Part shown: positions 8,975 to 18,293 of the stretch, piece after piece
Position numbering within the stretch: the first letter of the stretch is position 1
Layout of the letters: every line of letters begins with the position of its first letter
DNA from: a candidate division TA06 bacterium
GTDB lineage: Bacteria; Hydrothermota; DG-26; E44-bin18
Direction: 5' to 3'
Assembly (NCBI GenBank): GCA_004376575.1
Contig: SOJN01000148.1
Span: 2-64,001, forward strand
Length of the DNA stretch: 64,000 bases
Program-made: the position numbers and the translations under genes
The notes under the pieces: generated by a model
The model's input: only the letters and a program-made list of their open reading frames with translations
The model's database searches: none
Told to the model about the DNA's origin: nothing

Positions 8975-10219
8975 ATGAAGAAAAAGGAAATCTTCTGGAT
9001 TCCCAAGAAAATCGACGGCGGCGGTCCCGCCCTCATGAAGAAGATGAAGAAGAAGATTGTCTTTCTTTCCGCCACGCGCACACCCTTTGGAGAGGTGAAT
9101 GGCTCCCTGAAGACGTTCACTCCTATTGAGCTGGGGGCGCTGGCAGCGAGAAGCGCCATTGAAAAAGCGGGACTGAAGGGACGTGAACATCTGATAGATG
9201 AATCAATCTTCGGGAACGCCCAACACACAAGCATCGACTCGCACTACGGTGGAAGACACGTTGCCCTCCGCGCGGGTCTACCTTATGATAAGCCCGGACT
9301 CACGGTCAATCGGATATGTTTCTCAGGCGGAGAGGCTGTCATACAGGGTGCAAAACAGATTATTCTTGGCGAAGCAGAAATCGTTCTTGCTGGGGGGTAT
9401 GAAAGCAGCAGTCAGGCACCCAGTCTGCAATATGGCGCCTCACTGGGCTTCCCGTACATGGCCGGGGCAAGAGTATACCACTTGTTCAAAGACGGTCTTC
9501 AGGATACATACATTAACATGGATATGATGGCGACTGCTGAGAGATTAGCAAAGCTGTATGGCGTGACGCGAAAAGATGCTGATGAATTCGCCTACTCTTC
9601 CCAGATGAAAGCGAAGGACGCAATAGAGAAAGGGAGACTGGCCAAAGAGATAACGCCCGTGGTCATAAAGACCAGGAGGGGCGAGCATGTCGTCTCAGAA
9701 GATGGACACACAAGGCCCGAAGTCACGCTCAAAACACTCGCCGGGCTCAGGAATGTGAAGCCCGGGGGAATTCAGACTGCCGGCAACTCAAGCGGAATCG
9801 TTGATGGCGGCGCTGCCATAATAGTTGCCTCGAGTGAAAAGGCAAAGAAACTGGGGCTCCAACCGATAGGCGAGATTATCTCCTGGGGGACTGCGGCTGT
9901 TGATCCATATTACATGGGTATCGGTCCGGTGCCATCAAGCACAATTGCTCTGAAACGTGCAGGCATGACCTGGAAGAATATTGACCATATAGAGATCAAT
10001 GAGGCATTTGCCGGCCAGTATCTGGCCGTAGAGCGTGAACTGAAATTGGACAGAGGCAAGGTGAACCTGAATGGCGGTGCGATTGCACTTGGCCATCCGC
10101 TTGGAGCAACCGGCACCAGACTCATTACTGCACTTATAACACTTGGGGGCGTCGGCCTGGCATCTGCATGCATAGGTGGCGGCCAGGGCGGAGCAATGAT
10201 TCTGAAAAGTTACCTCTAG
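8975..10219 (+). CDS. Acetyl-CoA C-acyltransferase (thiolase)
   Basis: Thiolase motifs NRICFSGGEAV, NEAFAGQYLAV, GGAIALGHPLGATG, GGGQGGAMIL. The Lys-rich N-terminus makes the start ambiguous (ATG 8975 with AAGGAG upstream; the homolog-consistent start is ATG 9044, MKKKIVFLSATRTPFG). Confidence 0.8.
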   Translation: MKKKEIFWIPKKIDGGGPALMKKMKKKIVFLSATRTPFGEVNGSLKTFTPIELGALAARSAIEKAGLKGREHLIDESIFGNAQHTSIDSHYGGRHVALRAGLPYDKPGLTVNRICFSGGEAVIQGAKQIILGEAEIVLAGGYESSSQAPSLQYGASLGFPYMAGARVYHLFKDGLQDTYINMDMMATAERLAKLYGVTRKDADEFAYSSQMKAKDAIEKGRLAKEITPVVIKTRRGEHVVSEDGHTRPEVTLKTLAGLRNVKPGGIQTAGNSSGIVDGGAAIIVASSEKAKKLGLQPIGEIISWGTAAVDPYYMGIGPVPSSTIALKRAGMTWKNIDHIEINEAFAGQYLAVERELKLDRGKVNLNGGAIALGHPLGATGTRLITALITLGGVGLASACIGGGQGGAMILKSYL

Positions 10220-10225
10220 CGCCCG

Positions 10226-12586
10226 TTGAAAGGAGCACTAAAGATGGACAAAGGACTTGCATACAAAGCTGGGAAGAAATCAAAAGGTTGGAGTGATGTG
10301 GAGATCCTGGTGATCGGGGCAGGCACAATGGGTTCAAGCATAGCCCAGGCATATGCTCAGAACGGGTTCAACGTGGGCCTTCTGGACATATCTGGTGAAA
10401 TCTTGGACAAGGGATTCGATACGATCCAAGCTGAGCTTGACAATGCGAAAGGACGTATATTCTCCCCAGAACAGGTGGAAGATATCAAGAGCAGGATACT
10501 GGGAACGACCAGTTACCCGAAGGCCTGCAAGGGGAAAAATCTTAAACTGGTCATTGAAACAGCCACTGAAAACATAGATATCAAGAAGAAGATCTTCTCC
10601 CAATTGGACAGGTTGTGCCGGCCTCACGTCGTTTTTGCAACCAATTCCTCTTCTCTTGACGTAAACCTGCTGGCACGATCGACAAAACGGCCAGACAAGG
10701 TTGTGTGGATGCATTATTTCTACCTACCGCACAAGAACAGAGCTGGAGAGTATGCCGGTACGGACACTGCAAGCAAGAAAACCATCGCACTGGCAGCCAA
10801 ATACATGAAGCTCGGTGGAAAGGTGGCAACACCAATCCTGAGCAGCAGAAAGGGTGGTGCAGCAGACATTATATTCGTGTCTTTACTGCATGAAGCCGCA
10901 CTGATGAGAGACGAAGGGTATGATATTGCAACCATTGAGGCTGCGGGAAAGAGAGCCTTCAGCATGCCAATGGGATTTCTGCAACTCATGGACGTGACCG
11001 GCGTGGCTGTTGGAATCTACGCCATGGAGTCTTTCTCAGATGATTCCAACAGAAATGATCCTGTCTACAAGGTTTATGGAGACTTTTTCTGGCCACCTGA
11101 ATCATGCAGGGAGCTTATGCGGAGGTACAACAAGGCCGCGGACAAGTCCAGGGTGAGATGGGTCTCCAAAGATGACCTGGAAGCAAAACCCAAAGACGAA
11201 AAGACCGTGCAAATGCTGACTGAAAGATTCTTGGCCATCGGTTTCGTCACTGCCACTGAAGTGGTTGACGCAGGGGTCATAGAAATGGAAGATGTGGACA
11301 GGCTCGCGGAGAATGCCTTCCTCTGGAGCGAGGGGCCTTTCGCCATAATGAATAGAATCGGAATCAAGAATGCGAGCAGTATGGTTCAGGCAAGAGCTTC
11401 GCATGCGAAAAAGCAGCATAGAAGTTTCCCCATGCCAAAACTTCTGAAGACTCAGGCACAGAAGGGGAAACCATGGTCGATCACCATGAGTCCGGTGCTG
11501 TACAATGAGGAGATGGGCGGCAAGGTCGCCAGAATAACAATCTCTAATCCGAAGGCTGCTAATGCCCTCGATAACCGGGTTTTCGAGGAGCTGAGGAGCG
11601 CTTTCAAAAAAGCGAACAGTGACCAAAAAGTGAAGGTGATAATCTTCGATTCCGCCCCAATCAAGACTTTTATAGCGGGTGCCAACGTACCCGACTTCGT
11701 GAAGAACATGAAGGCCGGACGGTTTGAAAAGATACGTGATGATACTGCAATGTGGCAAGATGTTCTTTTCGACTCTATGACTGGGAAGGGCAAACCGAAG
11801 ATCGCGATCGTGGATGGGCTCACCCTTGGCGGAGGGGTCGAAACTGCCCTTTCTTTTGCATTAGACCCCGACTCAGTTGTCATTGCAACTGACAGGACGT
11901 CTTATACCCTACCCGAGACAAAGCTTGGAATCTTCCCCGGGCTACGCGGGACTCTGGTGCTCCCTCAAATTATTTACAACAAGACCAAGGATTCTGAGCT
12001 GGCAGTGGCCATGGCAAGGTACTATATCCTCGCAGGTGGCACGTCCACATCTTCCCCCAGGCTTCTCAAATACCTGGGATTTGCGGATTTGATAGTCCCC
12101 GCACATGAGAGAGACGACGCTGCAGCAGAAGTTGCGGATGCAATAATCAAGAACAAAGGGAAACCCCTCAGTACGAAACAATTGAAAAGTCTCAAGATTA
12201 ACGAGCTACCATCTGAGTTGAGCCTCGAAGAAAGGGAGGAGCTGCGGACGATGAAAGAGCTCTTCCTGACGCAGGATTTGATACCGGCTCTCTACGCTTA
12301 TGGGCGAGGTGACAGAGAGCTCTTCTTTGTCGGAGAAGCTCGCTCGTACGCACGGAGGATTGCGCGGAGGGTGGCAAACAACTCTCCTAATGCGGTGTGG
12401 ATTTCTAATTGGCTGATAAGCAAGGGGTTTGAGGACTTCCTGAAAGGAGTGGACACCAAGACGATCGCAGAGAGGGAGCTGAATGACTATCTGGTGCCGA
12501 CATTCATGCACCCCGATGCTATGGTGGGATTGACTTCACTCCTGGAGCGTAAGTTCCCTGAGTTTCCACGGAGATATCCATTTTAA
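10226..12586 (+). CDS. Bifunctional 3-hydroxyacyl-CoA dehydrogenase (N-terminal) / enoyl-CoA hydratase (C-terminal), reversed FadB domain order
   Basis: 786 aa. N-terminal Rossmann VIGAGTMGSSIAQ (3HCDH_N). C-terminal crotonase region ITISNPKAANALD...GLTLGGG. Confidence 0.85.
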   Translation: MKGALKMDKGLAYKAGKKSKGWSDVEILVIGAGTMGSSIAQAYAQNGFNVGLLDISGEILDKGFDTIQAELDNAKGRIFSPEQVEDIKSRILGTTSYPKACKGKNLKLVIETATENIDIKKKIFSQLDRLCRPHVVFATNSSSLDVNLLARSTKRPDKVVWMHYFYLPHKNRAGEYAGTDTASKKTIALAAKYMKLGGKVATPILSSRKGGAADIIFVSLLHEAALMRDEGYDIATIEAAGKRAFSMPMGFLQLMDVTGVAVGIYAMESFSDDSNRNDPVYKVYGDFFWPPESCRELMRRYNKAADKSRVRWVSKDDLEAKPKDEKTVQMLTERFLAIGFVTATEVVDAGVIEMEDVDRLAENAFLWSEGPFAIMNRIGIKNASSMVQARASHAKKQHRSFPMPKLLKTQAQKGKPWSITMSPVLYNEEMGGKVARITISNPKAANALDNRVFEELRSAFKKANSDQKVKVIIFDSAPIKTFIAGANVPDFVKNMKAGRFEKIRDDTAMWQDVLFDSMTGKGKPKIAIVDGLTLGGGVETALSFALDPDSVVIATDRTSYTLPETKLGIFPGLRGTLVLPQIIYNKTKDSELAVAMARYYILAGGTSTSSPRLLKYLGFADLIVPAHERDDAAAEVADAIIKNKGKPLSTKQLKSLKINELPSELSLEEREELRTMKELFLTQDLIPALYAYGRGDRELFFVGEARSYARRIARRVANNSPNAVWISNWLISKGFEDFLKGVDTKTIAERELNDYLVPTFMHPDAMVGLTSLLERKFPEFPRRYPF

Positions 12587-12597
12587 GGGGGAAAATC

Positions 12598-13344
12598 ATG
12601 AAGGACCTGAAGGGGAAATCAGCTATTGTCACAGGTGGTAGCTTGGGTATAGGGACTGCGATAGCGCTGGATCTTGCGGCCAATGGTGTTAATATCGCTA
12701 TCAACTACAGAAAGCACGCAGACGAAGCCAACGCCGTAGTCGAAAAGGCAAAAGGGATGGGTGTGAAGGCGTTGGCCGTGAAGGCCGATGTATCCAATTT
12801 TCAGGATGCTCAGAACATGGTTGACACGGTCGTCAAGGAGTTCGGGTCGCTGGACATACTGATCAACAATGCAGGAGTCAACTGGGATGGTGTCATCTGG
12901 AAGATGAGCGAAGAACAATGGGATACAGTGATAGGTATCGACCTGAAAGGTTGCTTCAACTACATAAGAGCAGTCTCCCCCATATTCAGGGAGCAGAAGC
13001 ACGGGAAGATCGTCAACATAACCTCCATAAATGCGCTGAGGGGCAAGTTCGGGCAGAGCAATTATTCGGCTGCCAAGGCAGGTGTCATTGGCCTGACAAA
13101 GACAGCTGCAAAGGAACTCGGCAAATACAGCATCAATGTCAACTCCGTAGCTCCAGGACTGATAGAGACAGAGATGATAAAGAAGATGCCAGATGATGCG
13201 AAACAGGTGTCCATCAATGAAACGACTTTCAAAAGGCTGGGCACGCCGGAGGATGTAGCTCACGTGGTCGCATTTCTGTGCAGCGACCTTTCCAGGCACG
13301 TGACTGGCGAAGTCATAAAAGTAGACGGCGGGCAATATATCTGA
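12598..13344 (+). CDS. Short-chain dehydrogenase/reductase (FabG/BadH-like 3-oxo/hydroxyacyl reductase)
   Basis: 248 aa. TGGSLGIGTAIA cofactor motif and YSAAK catalytic motif. Classical SDR. Confidence 0.85.
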   Translation: MKDLKGKSAIVTGGSLGIGTAIALDLAANGVNIAINYRKHADEANAVVEKAKGMGVKALAVKADVSNFQDAQNMVDTVVKEFGSLDILINNAGVNWDGVIWKMSEEQWDTVIGIDLKGCFNYIRAVSPIFREQKHGKIVNITSINALRGKFGQSNYSAAKAGVIGLTKTAAKELGKYSINVNSVAPGLIETEMIKKMPDDAKQVSINETTFKRLGTPEDVAHVVAFLCSDLSRHVTGEVIKVDGGQYI

Positions 13345-13351
13345 AAAACAG

Positions 13352-14557
13352 ATGTGCAGGAGGATAGCAATGGAACTGAGGGACGTAGTAATAGTGAGCG
13401 CTTGTAGAGCTCCGATGGGAAGGTTCGGAGGGACTTTGAAGAATATGGCTGCCTACGACGTAGGAGCTGTGGCGGTGAAGGAAGCACTCAAGAGAGCAAA
13501 GCTGAAGGGCGAACAGGTGGACGACGTCTTGCTCGGCTCTTGCAGACAAGCAGGAAATGGACCCAACCCTGCAAGAACTGCCGCGGTCAGAGGTGGAGTC
13601 CCCGCACAGGTACCTGTGATGACACTCAACATGGCGTGTCCCTCGGGCATGAGAGCGCTCGCGCAGGCCAGCCAGGCAATAAGGCTGGGAGACGCGAGCA
13701 CAATCCTTGTCGGTGGATTTGACTCTATGAGCACCATCCCCTATCTTCTGAAAGACGTGAGGTGGGCCGGGTTCAAGATGGGTGACAAAACACTTCTCGA
13801 TGGTTGGGCAGACTCTATAGATCCCCTCTGCGGGTTCGGAATGGGGATGACCGCGGAAAACGTTGCTGAGAAATACAAGATCACACGCGAAGAGCAGGAC
13901 AAGTTTGCCTATGAAAGCCATATGAAGGCGGCGAAAGCGCAGGACGAGGGATGGTTTAATGAAGAGATCGTGTCAATCGAGGTTCCTCAGAGAAAGGGTG
14001 ATCCCATCATCTTCGATAAGGACGAAACGATCAGGCGCGATACTTCGCTGGAGAAACTGGCCAAGCTTCGTGCTGTGTTCAAGAAGGACGGGTGCGTCAC
14101 TGCCGGGAATGCGTGCGCAATGTCAGACGGTGCGGCAGCTATGATTGTTATGTCGCGGCCGAAAGCAAAGGAACTTGGTCTCAAGCCGCTCTTTTCGATC
14201 GTTTCCTATGCGCAGACTGCTGTGGAACCAGAAACCATGGGAGAAGGGCCGGGGTTTGTCATCCCTATGGCACTCGAGCGGGCAGGGATGGAGCTAGGAG
14301 ACATGGATCTCATAGAGGTGAACGAAGCCTTTGCCGTTCAGATTCTGGCCAATGAAAAGAAACTCAACTGGGACCGCACCAAGCTGAACGTTCATGGTGG
14401 AGCGATAGCCCTTGGTCACCCGACTGGGATAAGTGGTGCACGGATCATTGTTACTCTATATCATGCGCTGAAGCAGAGAAACAAGGAGCACGGCATCGCG
14501 GCAATCTGCGGAGGCGGCGGCGTCACCATGGCCACTGTGATCCGCAGAGAAAACTGA
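13352..14557 (+). CDS. Acetyl-CoA acetyltransferase (thiolase II)
   Basis: 401 aa. VVIVSACRAPMGRFGG N-terminus, NEAFAVQ, GGAIALGHPTGISG, CGGGGVTMA. Confidence 0.9.
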   Translation: MCRRIAMELRDVVIVSACRAPMGRFGGTLKNMAAYDVGAVAVKEALKRAKLKGEQVDDVLLGSCRQAGNGPNPARTAAVRGGVPAQVPVMTLNMACPSGMRALAQASQAIRLGDASTILVGGFDSMSTIPYLLKDVRWAGFKMGDKTLLDGWADSIDPLCGFGMGMTAENVAEKYKITREEQDKFAYESHMKAAKAQDEGWFNEEIVSIEVPQRKGDPIIFDKDETIRRDTSLEKLAKLRAVFKKDGCVTAGNACAMSDGAAAMIVMSRPKAKELGLKPLFSIVSYAQTAVEPETMGEGPGFVIPMALERAGMELGDMDLIEVNEAFAVQILANEKKLNWDRTKLNVHGGAIALGHPTGISGARIIVTLYHALKQRNKEHGIAAICGGGGVTMATVIRREN

Positions 14558-14630
14558 TTTGAATTCCTTCGACACAAGAACCAGGGCCTGTCTTCTGCGA
14601 GGGGCCTTCTCATTTCCTTCATCATTGACC

Positions 14631-14878
14631 CAGATTGCTTCGCTATCGCTGACCCTTGTCCTCCCTCGGCTCACGCCGATGAAGGACCAAACATGCCTCG
14701 TCTTTTCTCTGGAAAAGCCGGACCTTTTTGGCTCGCAATGACAATTGTCTTTCGGTACGAATGGAGCGTGGGCGCGGAAGCCGCGCCCCTACTTGCCTTG
14801 CGGGAAGTTACGAAGAACAAAAGAAGAGCTTGTCGTTGCGAGACCTGGGCCAACCAGGCCGAAGCAATCTGGCACAAG
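14631..14878. repeat. Intergenic hairpin repeats (family B: GATTGCTTCG...CGCAA(T/C)G; GC-rich hairpin GGCGCGGAAGCCGCGCC)
   Basis: cagattgcttcgctatcgct (14631-14650) and ccagattgcttcggcc...tctcgcaacg in inverted orientation (14835-14872). Perfect 7-bp stem at 14771-14787. Related copies at 29891-29921 and 63915-63972. Confidence 0.6.
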
Positions 14879-14965
14879 CAGATCCTTCGACTCCGTCCTT
14901 CGGACTCTACTCAGGACGAAAAATGACTCATGCCATCAAGCGATGGCATGGCCCTTTTTCGTTTT

Positions 14966-15475
14966 CTATTTTCCGGCGGCGGTGGGGCTGGGTTGTGTAC
15001 CGGGCCATTCAGTCGATGCCGGTTTCTCCTTCGGTTGAGTGTACAGTTCCACCGTATTCCCCATTGGGTCCATCACGCTGAAACCCCAATAACTATCCTG
15101 TCGCCATTCGGGCTTATCCTTGAAAGTCCTTACATCTGCAGAGTTCAGTCGATCGACCACCCCGGCAAACATTTCTTCGGGGATATGTATGCCCCACGAG
15201 GTCATCTCAAGCGTTCCACCCTCGTAGCCGGGCTGCACTGTCCACTCTTCGAGCACCGGGAGCTTCTTGTCTGCACGGAAGAACATCATTTCGAATCCTT
15301 CACTCTTGTAGACAAGCCAACCCCATTTCTTCTCATTCCGGAATGATCCCTGCTTCAGGCCTATCAGATCTGTGTAGAAGTGACGCATGCTCTGCACATC
15401 ATTGCACATATTAAAGATGAAACGGATGTTGATATCAGGCTTTCTAGTTGCCTTTTTTTCTTCCGCGTTCTCCAT
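14966..15475 (-). CDS. VOC (glyoxalase/bleomycin-resistance/dioxygenase) family protein
   Basis: 169 aa with a glyoxalase-like domain (…NDVQSMRHFYTDLIGL…). Confidence 0.55.
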   Translation of the reverse strand: MENAEEKKATRKPDINIRFIFNMCNDVQSMRHFYTDLIGLKQGSFRNEKKWGWLVYKSEGFEMMFFRADKKLPVLEEWTVQPGYEGGTLEMTSWGIHIPEEMFAGVVDRLNSADVRTFKDKPEWRQDSYWGFSVMDPMGNTVELYTQPKEKPASTEWPGTQPSPTAAGK

Positions 15476-15570
15476 AGTACCTCCTGCCCCAAGAAGATGA
15501 AAACCATACTCCTTTCTGGCCAGGTTGCCTGAAACAAGGAGCTTCTATTGCAGAATGTGTTGGCCCCAAA

Positions 15571-16362
15571 TCACTCCTTTCTTGCCCAAAAGATAGCGCG
15601 AACACCTTTTCCGGTATACGGATTGCCCCGTCTGTCCCCAAAGACTTCCAGGACCCGGAAATTGTGGTTTTTCAACCAGCCTTCAACCTCATCAGCAGTC
15701 ACAGGATGTTTGCGACCGAGATGCTCGACACTGTTTTCCGTGCCGTCTGGATCTCGTGTGTACCAGGTGCGTTTCACGTGGAGAATTCTCTGTCCCCCGT
15801 AAAATTTCACCCACTCTACGGTCCACCTGCCCAGAGTGCCGTCTTTGCCTGTGCCCTCGAATATGACCAGCTCTTTTCCAAATGGCCCCTCCCCCCAATC
15901 TCCTTTGTAGTCGTTGTTGTCAATGTACAGTCGTCCGCCAACCACGAGCACTTCATATGCCAGCTGGATGCATCTTTCTTGAGTCTGTGCTGAGGGCAGT
16001 TCATAAAAAGCGTTACCGCCCATGATCACCAGATCATATCCAGAACCCCATTGACCGTCCAAAACGTCCTGCACCCTTAGCTTAACTCTGCCCTCCGCAT
16101 TTGAACCGAGCCTGGAGACCTTCGCCACTGCCCGGGCATTCATAGCCGGGGCTATTTCTATGCCTGTCATTGTGTGGCCGTCCCGGGCTAAAGGCACCAC
16201 AATTCGCCCTGTCCCGCTGAAGCATTCGAGGATGTTCAAAGGCTTGGACTTGCCGATAAGAGTACGGATCAACTCAATATCGTCTGTGTATGTCTCTGAG
16301 CGATCGTACAACTCAGCAAGTAGAGGTTGGTCGTAATTGGCTGAGTATCTGTGTTCTTCCAT
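15571..16362 (-). CDS. Class I SAM-dependent methyltransferase
   Basis: SAM-binding motif ILECFSGTGRIVVPLA. Start refined to the ATG at 16362, preceded by GTGAGGA RBS. The ORF-track N-terminal extension lacks an RBS. Confidence 0.7.
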   Translation of the reverse strand: MEEHRYSANYDQPLLAELYDRSETYTDDIELIRTLIGKSKPLNILECFSGTGRIVVPLARDGHTMTGIEIAPAMNARAVAKVSRLGSNAEGRVKLRVQDVLDGQWGSGYDLVIMGGNAFYELPSAQTQERCIQLAYEVLVVGGRLYIDNNDYKGDWGEGPFGKELVIFEGTGKDGTLGRWTVEWVKFYGGQRILHVKRTWYTRDPDGTENSVEHLGRKHPVTADEVEGWLKNHNFRVLEVFGDRRGNPYTGKGVRAIFWARKE

Positions 16363-16577
16363 GGTCCTCACGAATCGAACAAAATGACCTTCTGACAAGT
16401 ATATACGAATTCTCTGCCGTATGACAACTCGAAAAGACATCCCCGATCCTGCATTTGCAGGGGAAAAACCTTTTAGATTGGATTGGAGCAGGCTGTTCAG
16501 CTTCTTGAACTGCGACGTAATCACATGAGATCAGTGTGACTGCCATGGCTGAGAACCGAACCGCTACCTTTTCTCTT

Positions 16578-16672
16578 CCCGCCCGGGCCGTTTAACGGCC
16601 GCTCGTTTCACGGACCCCCTTGCCAAGGGGGAAGCCTGCCTGGGTCGTTCCACGGGGTATTTTTCGTCCTGT
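16578..16672. repeat. Intergenic repeat family A copy (inverted orientation) plus the perfect hairpin CCCCCTTGCCAAGGGGG, then the GTATTTTTCGTCCTG motif
   Basis: cccgcccgggccgtttaacggccgctcgtttcacgg matches the reverse complement of the element at 77-117 and 21569-21608. GTATTTTTCGTCCTG is shared with 29849 and 30065. Confidence 0.6.
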
Positions 16673-16905
16673 TTAGTCTTTGTTAGAGGTCACAAGCGAA
16701 GCGCAGTGAGCTCGTTACAAAGAGTTAATCCCGAAAGGAGTCGAGGGGAGCAAAGCCGAAGGAGAAGAGAAGGAGAGGGATGTGCAGAAATCTGAGGTAC
16801 GCATAGAAGCCAGGTCTGCAGATTTCTCAATCTTATGCCTTGTTCAGAACCGGTTTTCTGTTAATATTGTCGGTGTTCTATGCCATTTCAGAAAGGAGAT
16901 GTAAT

Positions 16906-18249
16906 ATGGACAAAGCTGTCAGTAAAGATGATATATCGCGTTTTTCGGAGGTCTTTGACGCGGATCCCAAGAACGTCCTTGCGTTGAATGCTGTTGCCAA
17001 GAGCGGAATCGGTGCCGTGGCATTGAACAGAGAAGTCGTGAATCGAGTTCACCACACATATTCGCATCTGATAGAAACACCTGAAGTTACGAACCAAAAG
17101 AAGAGTGGCAGGTGTTGGCTGTTTGCGGGGCTGAATGCATTTCGCCTCACTGCTACGAAGAAACTGAACCTGGAGAAGTTTGAACTCTCACAAGCCTATC
17201 TGATGTTCTGGGACAAGCTCGAAAAAGCGAACTTCTTTCTTGAAAACATCATTAAGACGCGCGATGAACCACTCGACGGAAGGCTGGTGATGTGGCTACT
17301 GGCAAACGCCCTTCCGGATGGCGGTCAGTGGGACATGTTTGTGAACCTCATAAAGAAATATGGCGTGGTCCCCAAGTTTGCAATGCCCGAAACAGAAAGC
17401 AGCAGTCAATCGGGCCCCATGAATGCTGTTCTTGTCGCCAAACTGCGTGAGTACGCGCAGGTCCTACGGAATATGCACGCGGATGCTGCCTCCACAGATG
17501 AAATGCGGTCAAAGAAAGGCGAGCAGATGACAGAGTTCTACAAGATGCTTACTATCCATCTTGGTAGGCCGCCGCAAAGCTTCTTGTGGGAATGGCGGGA
17601 TAAGGACAAGGAGTTCCACAGACACGGCAACATCACACCACAGAAGTTCTTTGAGGAATTCGTGGGCTCCGACACGGACGACATGGTTTGCCTGATAAAC
17701 GCTCCAACAAAAGACAAACCATATGACAAACTTTACACGGTGCAGTATTTAGGCAATGTAGCAGGTGGAGAAATTGTCCGCTATCTTAATGTCCCAATGG
17801 AAGTACTCAAGAAGGCTACTGCTGCCATGATTGCTGATGATAGAGCCGTCTGGTTCGGCTGTGATGTCGGAAAGATGATGGAACGCAAGATGGGTATCCT
17901 CGACAACGAGCTGTACGACTATGAGCTTGTCTTTGGTTCTCAGTTCAAATTGGACAAAGCGGGTAGGTTGGATTACGGCCACAGCAAGATGACTCACGCG
18001 ATGGTGCTCACGGGGGTCGATCTTGACGACACCGGCAAGCCAATCAAATGGCGCGTTGAAAACAGCTGGGGGAAGAAAATCGGCGACAAGGGTTATTTTG
18101 TAATGGCCGACAACTGGTTTAATGAATTCCTCTATGAGGTAACAGTAAGCAAGAAATACCTGACTCCAAAACTGCTGGAAGTACTCGATACCGAGCCAGT
18201 TGTGCTCCCTCCGTGGGACCCGATGGGAGCGCTTGCCAGAAATGAATAA
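16906..18249 (+). CDS. pepC: Aminopeptidase C / bleomycin hydrolase (C1-family cysteine peptidase)
   Basis: QKKSGRCWLFAGLNAFR active-site Cys motif. Size ~445 aa from the ATG at 16906 (AGGAGA RBS 7 nt upstream). Confidence 0.85.
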   Translation: MDKAVSKDDISRFSEVFDADPKNVLALNAVAKSGIGAVALNREVVNRVHHTYSHLIETPEVTNQKKSGRCWLFAGLNAFRLTATKKLNLEKFELSQAYLMFWDKLEKANFFLENIIKTRDEPLDGRLVMWLLANALPDGGQWDMFVNLIKKYGVVPKFAMPETESSSQSGPMNAVLVAKLREYAQVLRNMHADAASTDEMRSKKGEQMTEFYKMLTIHLGRPPQSFLWEWRDKDKEFHRHGNITPQKFFEEFVGSDTDDMVCLINAPTKDKPYDKLYTVQYLGNVAGGEIVRYLNVPMEVLKKATAAMIADDRAVWFGCDVGKMMERKMGILDNELYDYELVFGSQFKLDKAGRLDYGHSKMTHAMVLTGVDLDDTGKPIKWRVENSWGKKIGDKGYFVMADNWFNEFLYEVTVSKKYLTPKLLEVLDTEPVVLPPWDPMGALARNE

Positions 18250-18293
18250 GCAAAATCAAAACACAGAGTGGTGCTAGGTAGGCAGGTGTCGAG

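Noticed and set aside
14557-14966. Small ORFs (60-117 aa) in the spacer after the thiolase gene
   Set aside because: They overlap hairpin repeats and lack RBSs. Their composition is GC-skewed repeat sequence, not coding.
15571-16524. N-terminal 54-aa extension of the methyltransferase as given in the ORF track
   Set aside because: No RBS at the upstream ATG, whereas the internal ATG at 16362 has a GTGAGGA RBS and marks where the homology-bearing region begins. The shorter CDS was annotated.
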